Shown here one piece after another: positions 18,877 to 26,301 of a DNA stretch of 46,017 bases (position 1 is its first letter; every line of letters starts with the position of its first letter). A model generated the notes under the pieces. That model ran no database searches. It saw nothing but the letters and a program-made list of their open reading frames with translations, and had not been told where the DNA came from. A program made the position numbers and the translations under genes. Source of the stretch: Candidatus Nealsonbacteria bacterium (GTDB lineage: Bacteria; Patescibacteriota; Minisyncoccia; Minisyncoccales; PWPS01); the NCBI GenBank assembly GCA_003554445.1, contig PWGJ01000086.1, positions 1-46,017 of the forward strand, in the 5' to 3' direction.

Positions 18877-19831
18877 AAAGCTTCATAAGTGAGTTTAAAA
18901 CTTCACCGGCCACCTTGCCCAAAGGACAGTAGGAGCTCTTTTCCAATGCCAAAATAATTTCTTCTAAAAGATCACGATCATAATATCCGGAGTTAAGCAT
19001 TTCATTTATCCTGTAAATTCCCTCTCTACAAGGAGTGCATTTATCACAATTTCCATGCATTAGAAGTCGAGTAATCGATTTCATTTTCTCTTTTTCGTCA
19101 AATTTTTTCTTATCGAAAACCTTTACTGAAGCCAATCTATTACAAGTTACATCAATTTCTTGACTCGAAAGAAAAATTCCTCCTAATCCACCACCCACCT
19201 GAACTAAAAAATCGAATTTTGGGTAATTTTCGGTTTTAATCAAGACATCTCTTACGGTAAGATCTTTATCCAGCTTAAAAACGTCTTCATTTTTTACCGC
19301 TCCGGAAATACAATAAAATTTCTTTCCTTTGTATTCATCGTTTGCTATCTCTGAAATTGCGTAAAAAGTTTCTACATTATGAATCAGAGTCGGGTGGTTC
19401 CATAATCCTTGTTCAGTCGGGTAAGGAGGTTTTATTTTGGGTTCTCCCCTATTTCCTTCAATTGAATTTATTACGGAAGTTTCTTCTCCGGCAACATATC
19501 GATCATCTTTCCTTTTGATTGCTATCTCCGCCGTAAATAAATTCTTTAATTTTTTTTCAAATAACTTCAAATAATCTTTTCTTAAATAAAAGAAGCTCTT
19601 GTTGATATCAAGAACTTCAATCACCTTTTCAATTCCATCCACAACTTTTTCCGGCTCATTGTTTAAGATATATTTATCCTTAAAAACACCCGGCTCTCCT
19701 TCCGCTCCATTACAAATTAAAAATTTTTTACCGTCTTTTTCCGACAGTCGGACCCATTTTTCAAAAACCGGAAACCGACTTCCACTTCTGCCCAGTAAAT
19801 TAGCATCTCTTATTTTTTGAATTAAATCCAT
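18866..19831 (-). CDS. NuoF/HydB-like flavoprotein subunit, short form (321 aa)
   Basis: GRSGSRFPVFEKW, CNGAEGEPGVFKDKYIL and GEETSVINSIEG match the NADH/FMN site. CDKCTPCREG...YCPLG is the 4Fe-4S site. It lacks the extra ferredoxin/NuoE-like domains of typical HydB. Confidence 0.75.
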   Translation of the reverse strand: MDLIQKIRDANLLGRSGSRFPVFEKWVRLSEKDGKKFLICNGAEGEPGVFKDKYILNNEPEKVVDGIEKVIEVLDINKSFFYLRKDYLKLFEKKLKNLFTAEIAIKRKDDRYVAGEETSVINSIEGNRGEPKIKPPYPTEQGLWNHPTLIHNVETFYAISEIANDEYKGKKFYCISGAVKNEDVFKLDKDLTVRDVLIKTENYPKFDFLVQVGGGLGGIFLSSQEIDVTCNRLASVKVFDKKKFDEKEKMKSITRLLMHGNCDKCTPCREGIYRINEMLNSGYYDRDLLEEIILALEKSSYCPLGKVAGEVLNSLMKLYDN

Positions 19832-20586
19832 CAGTTGATTTCAAATGTTACTTCCACTGAACTTCTGATCTCATTTTCACCCGGTTCTATCGGAACTTGT
19901 TGACTGTCATCAGCAGCTTCTTCCATCAGATCCATGGACACTCTTGGAGCATAAAAACCGGCAGATTCAGAATAATCAAGAACCCTACCGACACTAACCC
20001 CCAACGAATCAGCTATTAACTCAGCTTCTTCTCGTGCATTTTCAATAGCTTTTTTGCGAGCATCGATTTTCAACTCCTCCTCATTGCTAACTGAAAAAGA
20101 GAGTCCGGCCACCTTGTTGGCTCCGGCATCGATTGCACCGGCAATAAGAGAATCAATTTCATCAAGATTTTTAAACTTAATCTTTAAATTGTTTTCAACC
20201 TCGTACCCTATTATCTCTCGCTCTCTGTCTCTATTTTCGGTCGTCTCACGATAGCGCGGAGATACGCTGAAATTTAACGTTTTCATATCTTCGTCTCCCA
20301 ATCCGTTTTCCTTAAGGTAATCTCTTACCTCACTCATTTGTTGGCTATTTCTATTGGTAGCCTCACCGTAATCTTCTCCTTGAGTAACAACACTGAAAAC
20401 TATCTCGGCCTCATCGGGAACTTCGTGCAGAGTCTCCTCACCGCTTACCCTTATTGATCTTGGCTGATCCAATCCGGCATAATCACTCTTTGCAAATTCA
20501 TTCATAGTCAATGAAATAACAAAAAGAGTGAGAAAAACGATAAAAACGGCACCCAGATTATATATTAATTTTTTTGATTTATCCAT
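19831..20586 (-). CDS. SIMPL (DUF541) domain secreted protein
   Basis: N-terminal TM/signal anchor and a SIMPL-like layout (RVSGEE...PDEAEIVFSV ... SVSPRY ... ARKKAIENAREEAELIA). Its TGA stop overlaps the NuoF-like ATG (ATGA). Confidence 0.65.
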   Translation of the reverse strand: MDKSKKLIYNLGAVFIVFLTLFVISLTMNEFAKSDYAGLDQPRSIRVSGEETLHEVPDEAEIVFSVVTQGEDYGEATNRNSQQMSEVRDYLKENGLGDEDMKTLNFSVSPRYRETTENRDREREIIGYEVENNLKIKFKNLDEIDSLIAGAIDAGANKVAGLSFSVSNEEELKIDARKKAIENAREEAELIADSLGVSVGRVLDYSESAGFYAPRVSMDLMEEAADDSQQVPIEPGENEIRSSVEVTFEIN

Positions 20587-20626
20587 TTTCTTATTTTTAT
20601 TAACTTGCTTTAATTAATTTTAACAT

Positions 20627-20658
20627 AGAAAAAAACAAAGACAACCGAAAATCGGTTG
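20627..20658 (-). terminator. Intrinsic terminator after the GerMN-like gene
   Basis: CAACCGA-aaa-TCGGTTG hairpin with T-rich tracts on both sides (bidirectional). Confidence 0.5.
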
Positions 20659-20689
20659 CCTTTTTGCCTTTTTTACCATTTATCGTTCT

Positions 20690-21484
20690 TTACGGTTGCA
20701 AGGCGTCCTCTTCTCCTTCTACGAGAATGATCACCTCATCTACGGAATCAAATTGTGTTAAGGTTTGCTCAATTTGATCTCTTATCGATGTTACCCAAGC
20801 GGATCCACCACCGGGATCTATTTCCGCACTGAAATCAACCGTGGCCACTCCTTCTTCCAATTCAAAAGAGAGTAATTCAACCCCTTCAGGAATTGAACTG
20901 CTAATCTCTTCACCGTCTTCATCTTCGGTTAAACCGCCCAAAAGTGCAACAATTGCAGACTCTTCTACTCCGTTTACCACCTCTATCTCCCTGTTAATTG
21001 CAACTATGTCTTCAACACCGCCGATTATCTCAACAAAGTAAAGATCAACCGAAGCAGTTTCTTCTTCATCACCATTTTCTTCATCACCATTTTCTTCATC
21101 AACCATCTCTTCGGTCATCTCGTTGAAGATTTCGTCGGTAAAAGCACCGATGACTTCATTTTCTTCTACGGTAACTACGATGGTATGAGGTGTAATGACT
21201 TGCGCAGCCGCTTCATCCTCGCCCACGGTTCCGTAGCCCGCAAAATTGGAATTAAAGTCAAAAGTCACTCTAAAACGAGAATCTTCGACTTCTTCCGTGT
21301 CAACATGGGTTAATTCGTGACCACCCCTTTCGGTAAAGGTGGGAGCCTCATCTCTAACCCAGTCTTCAGCGATTTCTTCCGCTTCTTCAGCGGTGTAAAT
21401 TACGTCCTCTACTTCACTTAAAAAGTAACCGGCTACCAAAACGAGTGCTACGATTATAATTCCTATTAATACTTTTTTGTTCAT
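20690..21484 (-). CDS. Secreted acidic protein with C-terminal GerMN-like domain
   Basis: N-terminal anchor. The C-terminal VDLYFV...ALLGG...IPEGVELLSFELEEGVATVDFS...QIEQTLTQFDSVDEVIILVEG follows the GerMN pattern. Confidence 0.55.
   Translation of the reverse strand: MNKKVLIGIIIVALVLVAGYFLSEVEDVIYTAEEAEEIAEDWVRDEAPTFTERGGHELTHVDTEEVEDSRFRVTFDFNSNFAGYGTVGEDEAAAQVITPHTIVVTVEENEVIGAFTDEIFNEMTEEMVDEENGDEENGDEEETASVDLYFVEIIGGVEDIVAINREIEVVNGVEESAIVALLGGLTEDEDGEEISSSIPEGVELLSFELEEGVATVDFSAEIDPGGGSAWVTSIRDQIEQTLTQFDSVDEVIILVEGEEDALQP
21063..21092. repeat. 15-bp tandem repeat x2 (plus an imperfect third copy) inside the CDS
   Basis: tcttcatcaccattt occurs twice in tandem and encodes the ENGDE ENGDE repeat. 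Confidence 0.8.
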
Positions 21485-21560
21485 GGTATTTTTTAAAAAA
21501 TAAATTTTCGACCTTTTTTGTTTTCACCTTTATTCTAACACAACTTTATTATTTGGCAAC

Positions 21561-21592
21561 AAAAACCCTCACAGCTAATTGTGAGGGTTTTT
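21561..21592 (-). terminator. Bidirectional intrinsic terminator after the hyper-acidic protein gene
   Basis: AAAAA-CCCTCACA-gctaat-TGTGAGGG-TTTTT. Confidence 0.6.
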
Positions 21593-21602
21593 ATACTTAT
21601 TT

Positions 21603-21620
21603 TATTGCAAATTGAAATTA
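21603..21620. repeat. 18-bp direct repeat, copy 1 (partner at 21973-21990)
   Basis: tattgcaaattgaaatta is identical at both sites, 370 bp apart. Confidence 0.9.
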
Positions 21621-21908
21621 CAACTCAAGGTCTTCCTCGTCTTCCTCATCTTCTTCGAGGTCTTCCTCGTCTTCCTCATCTTCTTCGAGGTCTTCTTCTA
21701 ATTCGTCATCGAAATCTTCCTCGAGATCCTCTTCGAACTCGTCGTCGAAGTCGTCATCGAGGTCTTCGTCGAAGTCGTCATCGAAGTCCTCTTCGAAGTC
21801 GTCATCAATAGGATCAATCTCTTCAACCTCATCAGTCATCGCTACTCCTATGATAACGAGTAAAACGATAATTACTGCAACAACAATTAAAATTGTTTTT
21901 TTATCCAT
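21618..21908 (-). CDS. Small membrane-anchored hyper-acidic (D/E repeat) protein
   Basis: MDKKTILIVVAVIIVLLVIIGVAM anchor followed by ~65 residues that are almost entirely D/E/F/L repeats. It has its own terminator. Confidence 0.55.
   Translation of the reverse strand: MDKKTILIVVAVIIVLLVIIGVAMTDEVEEIDPIDDDFEEDFDDDFDEDLDDDFDDEFEEDLEEDFDDELEEDLEEDEEDEEDLEEDEEDEEDLEL
21629..21695. repeat. 30-bp tandem repeat x2.2 inside the acidic protein CDS
   Basis: ggtcttcctcgtcttcctcatcttcttcga at 21629-21658 is repeated exactly at 21659-21688, then a partial third copy follows. Confidence 0.9.
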
Positions 21909-21971
21909 TTTTTTAGCTCATTAATTTAAGCCGACCTTTTTTCCTTGTAGAATTATAAAAGAAATGAAAAT

Positions 21972-22766
21972 CTATTGCAAATTGAAATTAAGTTCTATCT
22001 CTCCATTGGTTGCCAGAAGATCTATCTTATCATCAACACTGAGTTCATCTATCTCAATTAACTCTTTGCTTGAATCGTATAAACTTCCTCCCGCTTCGTT
22101 TAAAATAACAATTCCTGCAGCTATGTCCCATATCGGTATATTGTATGTTAAGTAGCCTTCTGCTCTGGCTGACGCTATCCATGCGAGCTCGATAGCGGCG
22201 GACCCTATCTTTCGAAAATCTTTGGTCTTCGAGTAAACCTCTTCAAAATTGGCAATAATTCTTTCATTTGATTTTTCGGTTCCTTCACAAAAAATAAAAT
22301 AAGAATTATTCAAATTATCTTCATTTGAGACATTTAGCCTCTTTCGCTGTCCGGTCTCGATATCTTGCCTGTAAGAACCTTCATTCACGATCCCGAAGAA
22401 CCGCTCACCTAAAGATGGAGCTTCTATTACCCCTAAAAGCGGAGTTCCGTTCCTCCATAGTGAAATTGAGACACTGTAAAATGGATTATGATTTTCAAAA
22501 TTGCCCGTTCCATCCAATGGGTCGATTATCCACAAAAAATCACCCCCTTTGTCGACTAAGCCCGATTCTTCGGTTAAATAAGAGTGTTCCGGGAATTCTT
22601 TTTCTATTCCCTTTTTAATCAAATCATCCATTAAATGATCAAAGATACTCTTAACCTCTTTGCTCGTACCTCTCTTATCGGCATTTTCAGATCGAAAAGA
22701 CTCTTTTAGTTTAAGACCCGCCTTCTTAGCAACTTTTTGACTGAATTTTAGATATTTTTTCTTCAT
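21972..22766 (-). CDS. Inositol monophosphatase (IMPase/SuhB) family protein
   Basis: LTEESG and WIIDPLDGTGNF motifs. I place the start at MKKKYLKF (22766) because a TTGAAT-16-TATAAT promoter lies inside the longer ORF-track N-terminus. Confidence 0.8.
   Translation of the reverse strand: MKKKYLKFSQKVAKKAGLKLKESFRSENADKRGTSKEVKSIFDHLMDDLIKKGIEKEFPEHSYLTEESGLVDKGGDFLWIIDPLDGTGNFENHNPFYSVSISLWRNGTPLLGVIEAPSLGERFFGIVNEGSYRQDIETGQRKRLNVSNEDNLNNSYFIFCEGTEKSNERIIANFEEVYSKTKDFRKIGSAAIELAWIASARAEGYLTYNIPIWDIAAGIVILNEAGGSLYDSSKELIEIDELSVDDKIDLLATNGEIELNFNLQ
21973..21990. repeat. 18-bp direct repeat, copy 2
   Basis: tattgcaaattgaaatta. Here it encodes the last residues (NFNLQ) of the IMPase-family gene. 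Confidence 0.9.
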
Positions 22767-22776
22767 ATTGGGTAAA

Positions 22777-22804
22777 ATTATAACGAAGCTCAAAATTAAT
22801 TCAA
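22777..22804 (-). promoter_or_regulatory. Sigma70-like promoter, -35 TTGAAT / 16 nt / -10 TATAAT
   Basis: The reverse complement of 22799-22804 is TTGAAT and of 22777-22782 is TATAAT. The -10 ends 10 nt before the ATG at 22766. Confidence 0.4.
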
Positions 22805-22845
22805 GAAAAAAGCGCCCTTCGAAGGGCGCCGGTTTTATTTTTTTG
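22805..22845 (-). terminator. Strong GC-rich bidirectional terminator
   Basis: Perfect palindrome GCGCCCTTCGAAGGGCGC at 22812-22829, flanked by AAAAAA on one side and TTTTATTTTTTT on the other. Confidence 0.65.
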
Positions 22846-22848
22846 TAT

Positions 22849-23277
22849 TTAAAGTCTGTCTCTATTTTTTTCGACTAATTTTTCTTTGAAATGTTCGGGG
22901 GGACTCAAGTCTATCGTAGTCGGTATGGTATAAAATCTAATGAAAAAATTAGAAGAAATAACGGGTGAGTACGCTTCAAATTCATATCTTCCGGGAAATA
23001 CACTAAGAGAACCTCTTAATTTCATCTTTTTTCCAAAATTAAAATCGATTCTGGATACCGATTCTCTTGGACTTATTCCTACAACGTAAAACGGCAACAC
23101 GGTCACTTTCTTCTCATCCAAAAATACGTCCTGTGAATAGATTTTTGCACCAGCTTTAACTTCTACCTCCTTGTGAAGCTTTATTGGCGCAACTCTTAAA
23201 AAGGTCCTGATTAAATCAAAATCTTTTTCCGGAAAATAGCTTCCGATCTTTTCAAAGTTATCTTTTTTAATGTTCAT
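22849..23277 (-). CDS. Hypothetical protein (142 aa), divergent from the OLD-family gene
   Basis: An AAGGAGGGGG Shine-Dalgarno sequence sits just upstream of the ATG at 23277. The gene has its own terminator. Composition is beta-rich and no family is recognised. Confidence 0.55.
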   Translation of the reverse strand: MNIKKDNFEKIGSYFPEKDFDLIRTFLRVAPIKLHKEVEVKAGAKIYSQDVFLDEKKVTVLPFYVVGISPRESVSRIDFNFGKKMKLRGSLSVFPGRYEFEAYSPVISSNFFIRFYTIPTTIDLSPPEHFKEKLVEKNRDRL

Positions 23278-23319
23278 TTTACCCCCTCCTTAGCAAAATA
23301 GTACAATTAAAACTTTCTT

Positions 23320-23348
23320 TTGTCAAACATAAACAGTAGTGATATACT
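23320..23348 (+). promoter_or_regulatory. Sigma70-like promoter, -35 TTGTCA / 17 nt / -10 TATACT
   Basis: TTGTCA at 23320-23325 and TATACT at 23343-23348, 24 nt upstream of the OLD-family ATG. Confidence 0.4.
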
Positions 23349-23371
23349 GATAAAGATTAATAAAAAAGATT

Positions 23372-24607
23372 ATGCAAATAAAATTCAAGAAGGCATCAAT
23401 TGAAAAATATAAAAGCATCAGAAGCCCTGTAAATATAAACGGGTTTTCCAAATTCAATATTTTAGTGGGTCCGAATAACGCCGGAAAGACCAATGTACTT
23501 GACGCTTTGGAGCTTATCTTTAATCCAAAAAAGGAAAGTTTGCACCGAAAAGAGGCAAAAATTGATATTGTTTTGGAAGTTGAAGGAGAAGAAAAACTCT
23601 TTAATTATTCCCAAAAAAAAATTCGGCCGAGTCTAAGCAAAAAGTCACGATTAATCAGGATTAATGACTCCATATCCATAAAAAAGATTGCCACGGAAGA
23701 ATTGCAGCGCTTTAAGGATCAATACGAGTCGGATTATAGAAAGCTTTCATCCACGATTGAAGAGTACTTTCAAGACATCCAGATGAGTGAAGATCTCTTC
23801 AAGGCTAATATCAAAACAAAAGATGGCAAAAAATCTCTAAAAAGAATGGGGGACGGATTTAAAAGGCTCTTCGTTATTCTTTTTTATATCTACCATCCGG
23901 AATACGATATAATTTTAATTGATGAGCCTGAACTTCATCTACACCCTTCAGTCATTAAAAAATTTCTAAAGATATTAAATAAAGAAGAAGTTGACACTCA
24001 AGTTTTGATGACTACTCATCACCCCACGATGGTTCAGGCTAAATTTTTAGATAAAACTTGGCGAATTGCCAGGGATGATTCTCACAGTACTTCAATTTAT
24101 AAATTTAACGAAAAATCATCTCTTGATATCGATCGTTTTGTTCAAGAGATAAATGATGATAATTCGGCAATGCTCTTTGCCGATAAGGTTTTGCTGGTCG
24201 AGGGTGTTTCGGATAGTATACTTATGAGAGAATTGATTGATAAATTTTACACTGGCAGGGAGGATATAAAAGTTGTCTATTCGGGTGGGGTCGGTGATAT
24301 CGACCTGTATGAAAAAGTTTGTGAGATCTTTAATATTCCCTACAAAGTAATGATTGACGGTGATATGCTGGAGATGTATTGGCAAAAAAAATTCGGCAAA
24401 AAAAAGAGCCCTCGAAAAGAAGTAAAACGGGATCTTCTGGAGAAAGAAAACATATTCGTTCTCAAAGGTGACCTTGAGGATAATTATCCTAAAAAATATC
24501 AAAAAAGAGACACTAAGCCACTTAATGCTCTTTTTGCCGGAAATAAAATAAACGAGAGTGATTTTTCAAATATGAGTGAATTGAAAAGAGTGATTGAGAA
24601 CCTCTAA
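23372..24607 (+). CDS. OLD-family nuclease (ABC-type ATPase + Toprim), compact 411 aa
   Basis: Walker A GPNNAGKT, signature-like GDGFKRLF, Walker B ILIDEPELHLHP, H-loop TTHHP, then Toprim LLVEGVSDSILM and IDGD. Confidence 0.8.
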   Translation: MQIKFKKASIEKYKSIRSPVNINGFSKFNILVGPNNAGKTNVLDALELIFNPKKESLHRKEAKIDIVLEVEGEEKLFNYSQKKIRPSLSKKSRLIRINDSISIKKIATEELQRFKDQYESDYRKLSSTIEEYFQDIQMSEDLFKANIKTKDGKKSLKRMGDGFKRLFVILFYIYHPEYDIILIDEPELHLHPSVIKKFLKILNKEEVDTQVLMTTHHPTMVQAKFLDKTWRIARDDSHSTSIYKFNEKSSLDIDRFVQEINDDNSAMLFADKVLLVEGVSDSILMRELIDKFYTGREDIKVVYSGGVGDIDLYEKVCEIFNIPYKVMIDGDMLEMYWQKKFGKKKSPRKEVKRDLLEKENIFVLKGDLEDNYPKKYQKRDTKPLNALFAGNKINESDFSNMSELKRVIENL

Positions 24608-26301
24608 TCCCAATTGAAATTATTTATTTTAAAAATCTCATGAAGGGCTTCCAGATAAGTGGCAAAGCTCCATGCTTGGCTTATTGCTCCTTCCGCTCTC
24701 AACTCTTCAGCGGAGCTTAGCTCGCTGTGATGCCCGACCGCACCATTCCAGAGCAGATCCGCTCTACTTGCTTTTAATATTTGATTAACTTCATATGAAA
24801 ACTTCCCCTCATTCAATCTATTCATCGCTATCGCCGCCAAGTTGTTAACAAAAAACCAGCTATCACCTTGATGGTAACTTTGCGGGTTCTCACCCGTATA
24901 TTTTTTTTGGTACCGAGGATCTTCCTTGCTTATCGTAGCCAAACCACCCCAGTCCAGCCAAAGCTCATAAAGAGCTCTTCTAAAACAAACCTCCCATTCA
25001 TCATCAGTAAGAAGCTCCGGATATATATAATATGACAAGAAAACATTCGGTCTGACAGTTTTATCAACCCATCCCGAATCCGGAATGTATCCGTCCGCTA
25101 AAATATTTCCGTCCCAGAATTTATCACGAACTTCTTTTTTTAAATCTTTCTCCAATCGTTCATAGTCTTTTTGTCTTTCCTTATCAATCAACTTACCCAA
25201 TTTATACATTGCGAGCTGTAACGCTTGCATTTCAATTCTGGCACCTTTTCTGGATATTGAATCCATCCAAGTCTCTTTACTATCACTTATTTTCAATATT
25301 TCCGAAGGATTTAAATCAACCCGCTTTCTTAAAGATTCAGCTAGCTTCTTTTCTTTTTCTTCATCAAAATCATTTAAAAACAAAAATGCTCTTTTAAAGG
25401 TCCACCCTATTCCGTCAGCAACATGATTTCCGCGTGGGCCGGAAGTGTTTCCATCCAAAAGAGACCAAAAAACTTTTTCAGCTTTCTTTGGTTGAGTAAT
25501 TTTCAATCCTCTAAGTGAAATTGCTTCATCGCGCTGCCAAAACTGAAAGAACCATGGAAATCCAGCGTATATATTTTTACCGTTAACTACTAAATTGTCC
25601 AATCCAACCTCTGAAGTGACAAAGTCAACCGGTTCTCGACGACTTCGACACTCTTTCTTTTTAATCTCTTTTTCAAGATTATCCAATGCCGCATTTTTAT
25701 CTTCAGCTGCAGAAAAGACAATCTTTTTGCCCTTCAAAATAAGAGCTTTAAAAACCGCCTTTTCAAAAGGAGGCGAACTTCTCTTTTTATCCAACTCATA
25801 ATCACGAACGAATCTTTCTTCAACCTTTTCAAAAGAATCAAATCCGGTGATTGCCAGATAGAGATTGCTTTCTCCTTCGGAGCTTACCAAAATTTTATTT
25901 TCAAAGCTTTCGATCTCATATTCCGGATAGTCATCGCTATAAGATCGACGCATATCCAAAACCAATTCTATTCTTTTCTTGTCTTCAAGTTCATAAATAA
26001 ACATACTGGAGTCAAGATCCAATTGAAATGACTCCTTAAAGCCCTCTCCTACCCTCTCTACGGATGTAAAATAGTTATTCAACTGTTCTACACTTTTACG
26101 ATCAACGGGACGTATGTCATCTATTATTTTATAAATCTTACCTCGTTCTTCTTCCGGAGTTACAAACCAGCCTTGATATCTGCTTTCGGGACTATTTCCC
26201 AGCCAAAGATAATCACCCAAATCATTACCAAGCAAGAAGGATCTTCCATCCCCCACTTCTTTTTCCCAACTCCCTTTTCCTAAAATATGCTTTATTTTCA
26301 T
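24604..26301 (-). CDS. Amylo-alpha-1,6-glucosidase / glycogen debranching enzyme (GDE C-terminal type)
   Basis: AGFPWFFQFWQRDEAISLRGL and C-terminal six-hairpin glucosidase-like motifs (YHQGDSWFF, SQAWS). Confidence 0.75.
   Translation of the reverse strand: MKIKHILGKGSWEKEVGDGRSFLLGNDLGDYLWLGNSPESRYQGWFVTPEEERGKIYKIIDDIRPVDRKSVEQLNNYFTSVERVGEGFKESFQLDLDSSMFIYELEDKKRIELVLDMRRSYSDDYPEYEIESFENKILVSSEGESNLYLAITGFDSFEKVEERFVRDYELDKKRSSPPFEKAVFKALILKGKKIVFSAAEDKNAALDNLEKEIKKKECRSRREPVDFVTSEVGLDNLVVNGKNIYAGFPWFFQFWQRDEAISLRGLKITQPKKAEKVFWSLLDGNTSGPRGNHVADGIGWTFKRAFLFLNDFDEEKEKKLAESLRKRVDLNPSEILKISDSKETWMDSISRKGARIEMQALQLAMYKLGKLIDKERQKDYERLEKDLKKEVRDKFWDGNILADGYIPDSGWVDKTVRPNVFLSYYIYPELLTDDEWEVCFRRALYELWLDWGGLATISKEDPRYQKKYTGENPQSYHQGDSWFFVNNLAAIAMNRLNEGKFSYEVNQILKASRADLLWNGAVGHHSELSSAEELRAEGAISQAWSFATYLEALHEIFKINNFNWD

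Noticed and set aside
21581-21811. 76-aa arginine-rich plus-strand ORF (RGLPRLPHLL repeats).
   Set aside because: It is the antisense mirror of the D/E-repeat gene. GAA/GAC-rich codons read as Arg/Leu/Pro on the opposite strand. It has no ribosome-binding site, and the minus-strand gene has the TM anchor and the terminator.
12527-24607. Whether the OLD-family gene plus a UvrD-like helicase constitutes a Gabija (GajA/GajB) system.
   Set aside because: The helicases lie about 7.6 kb (12527-15751) and about 22 kb (1-1206) away from the OLD gene, in different operons and on the opposite strand. Gabija requires adjacent gajA-gajB. The OLD gene is therefore treated as stand-alone.
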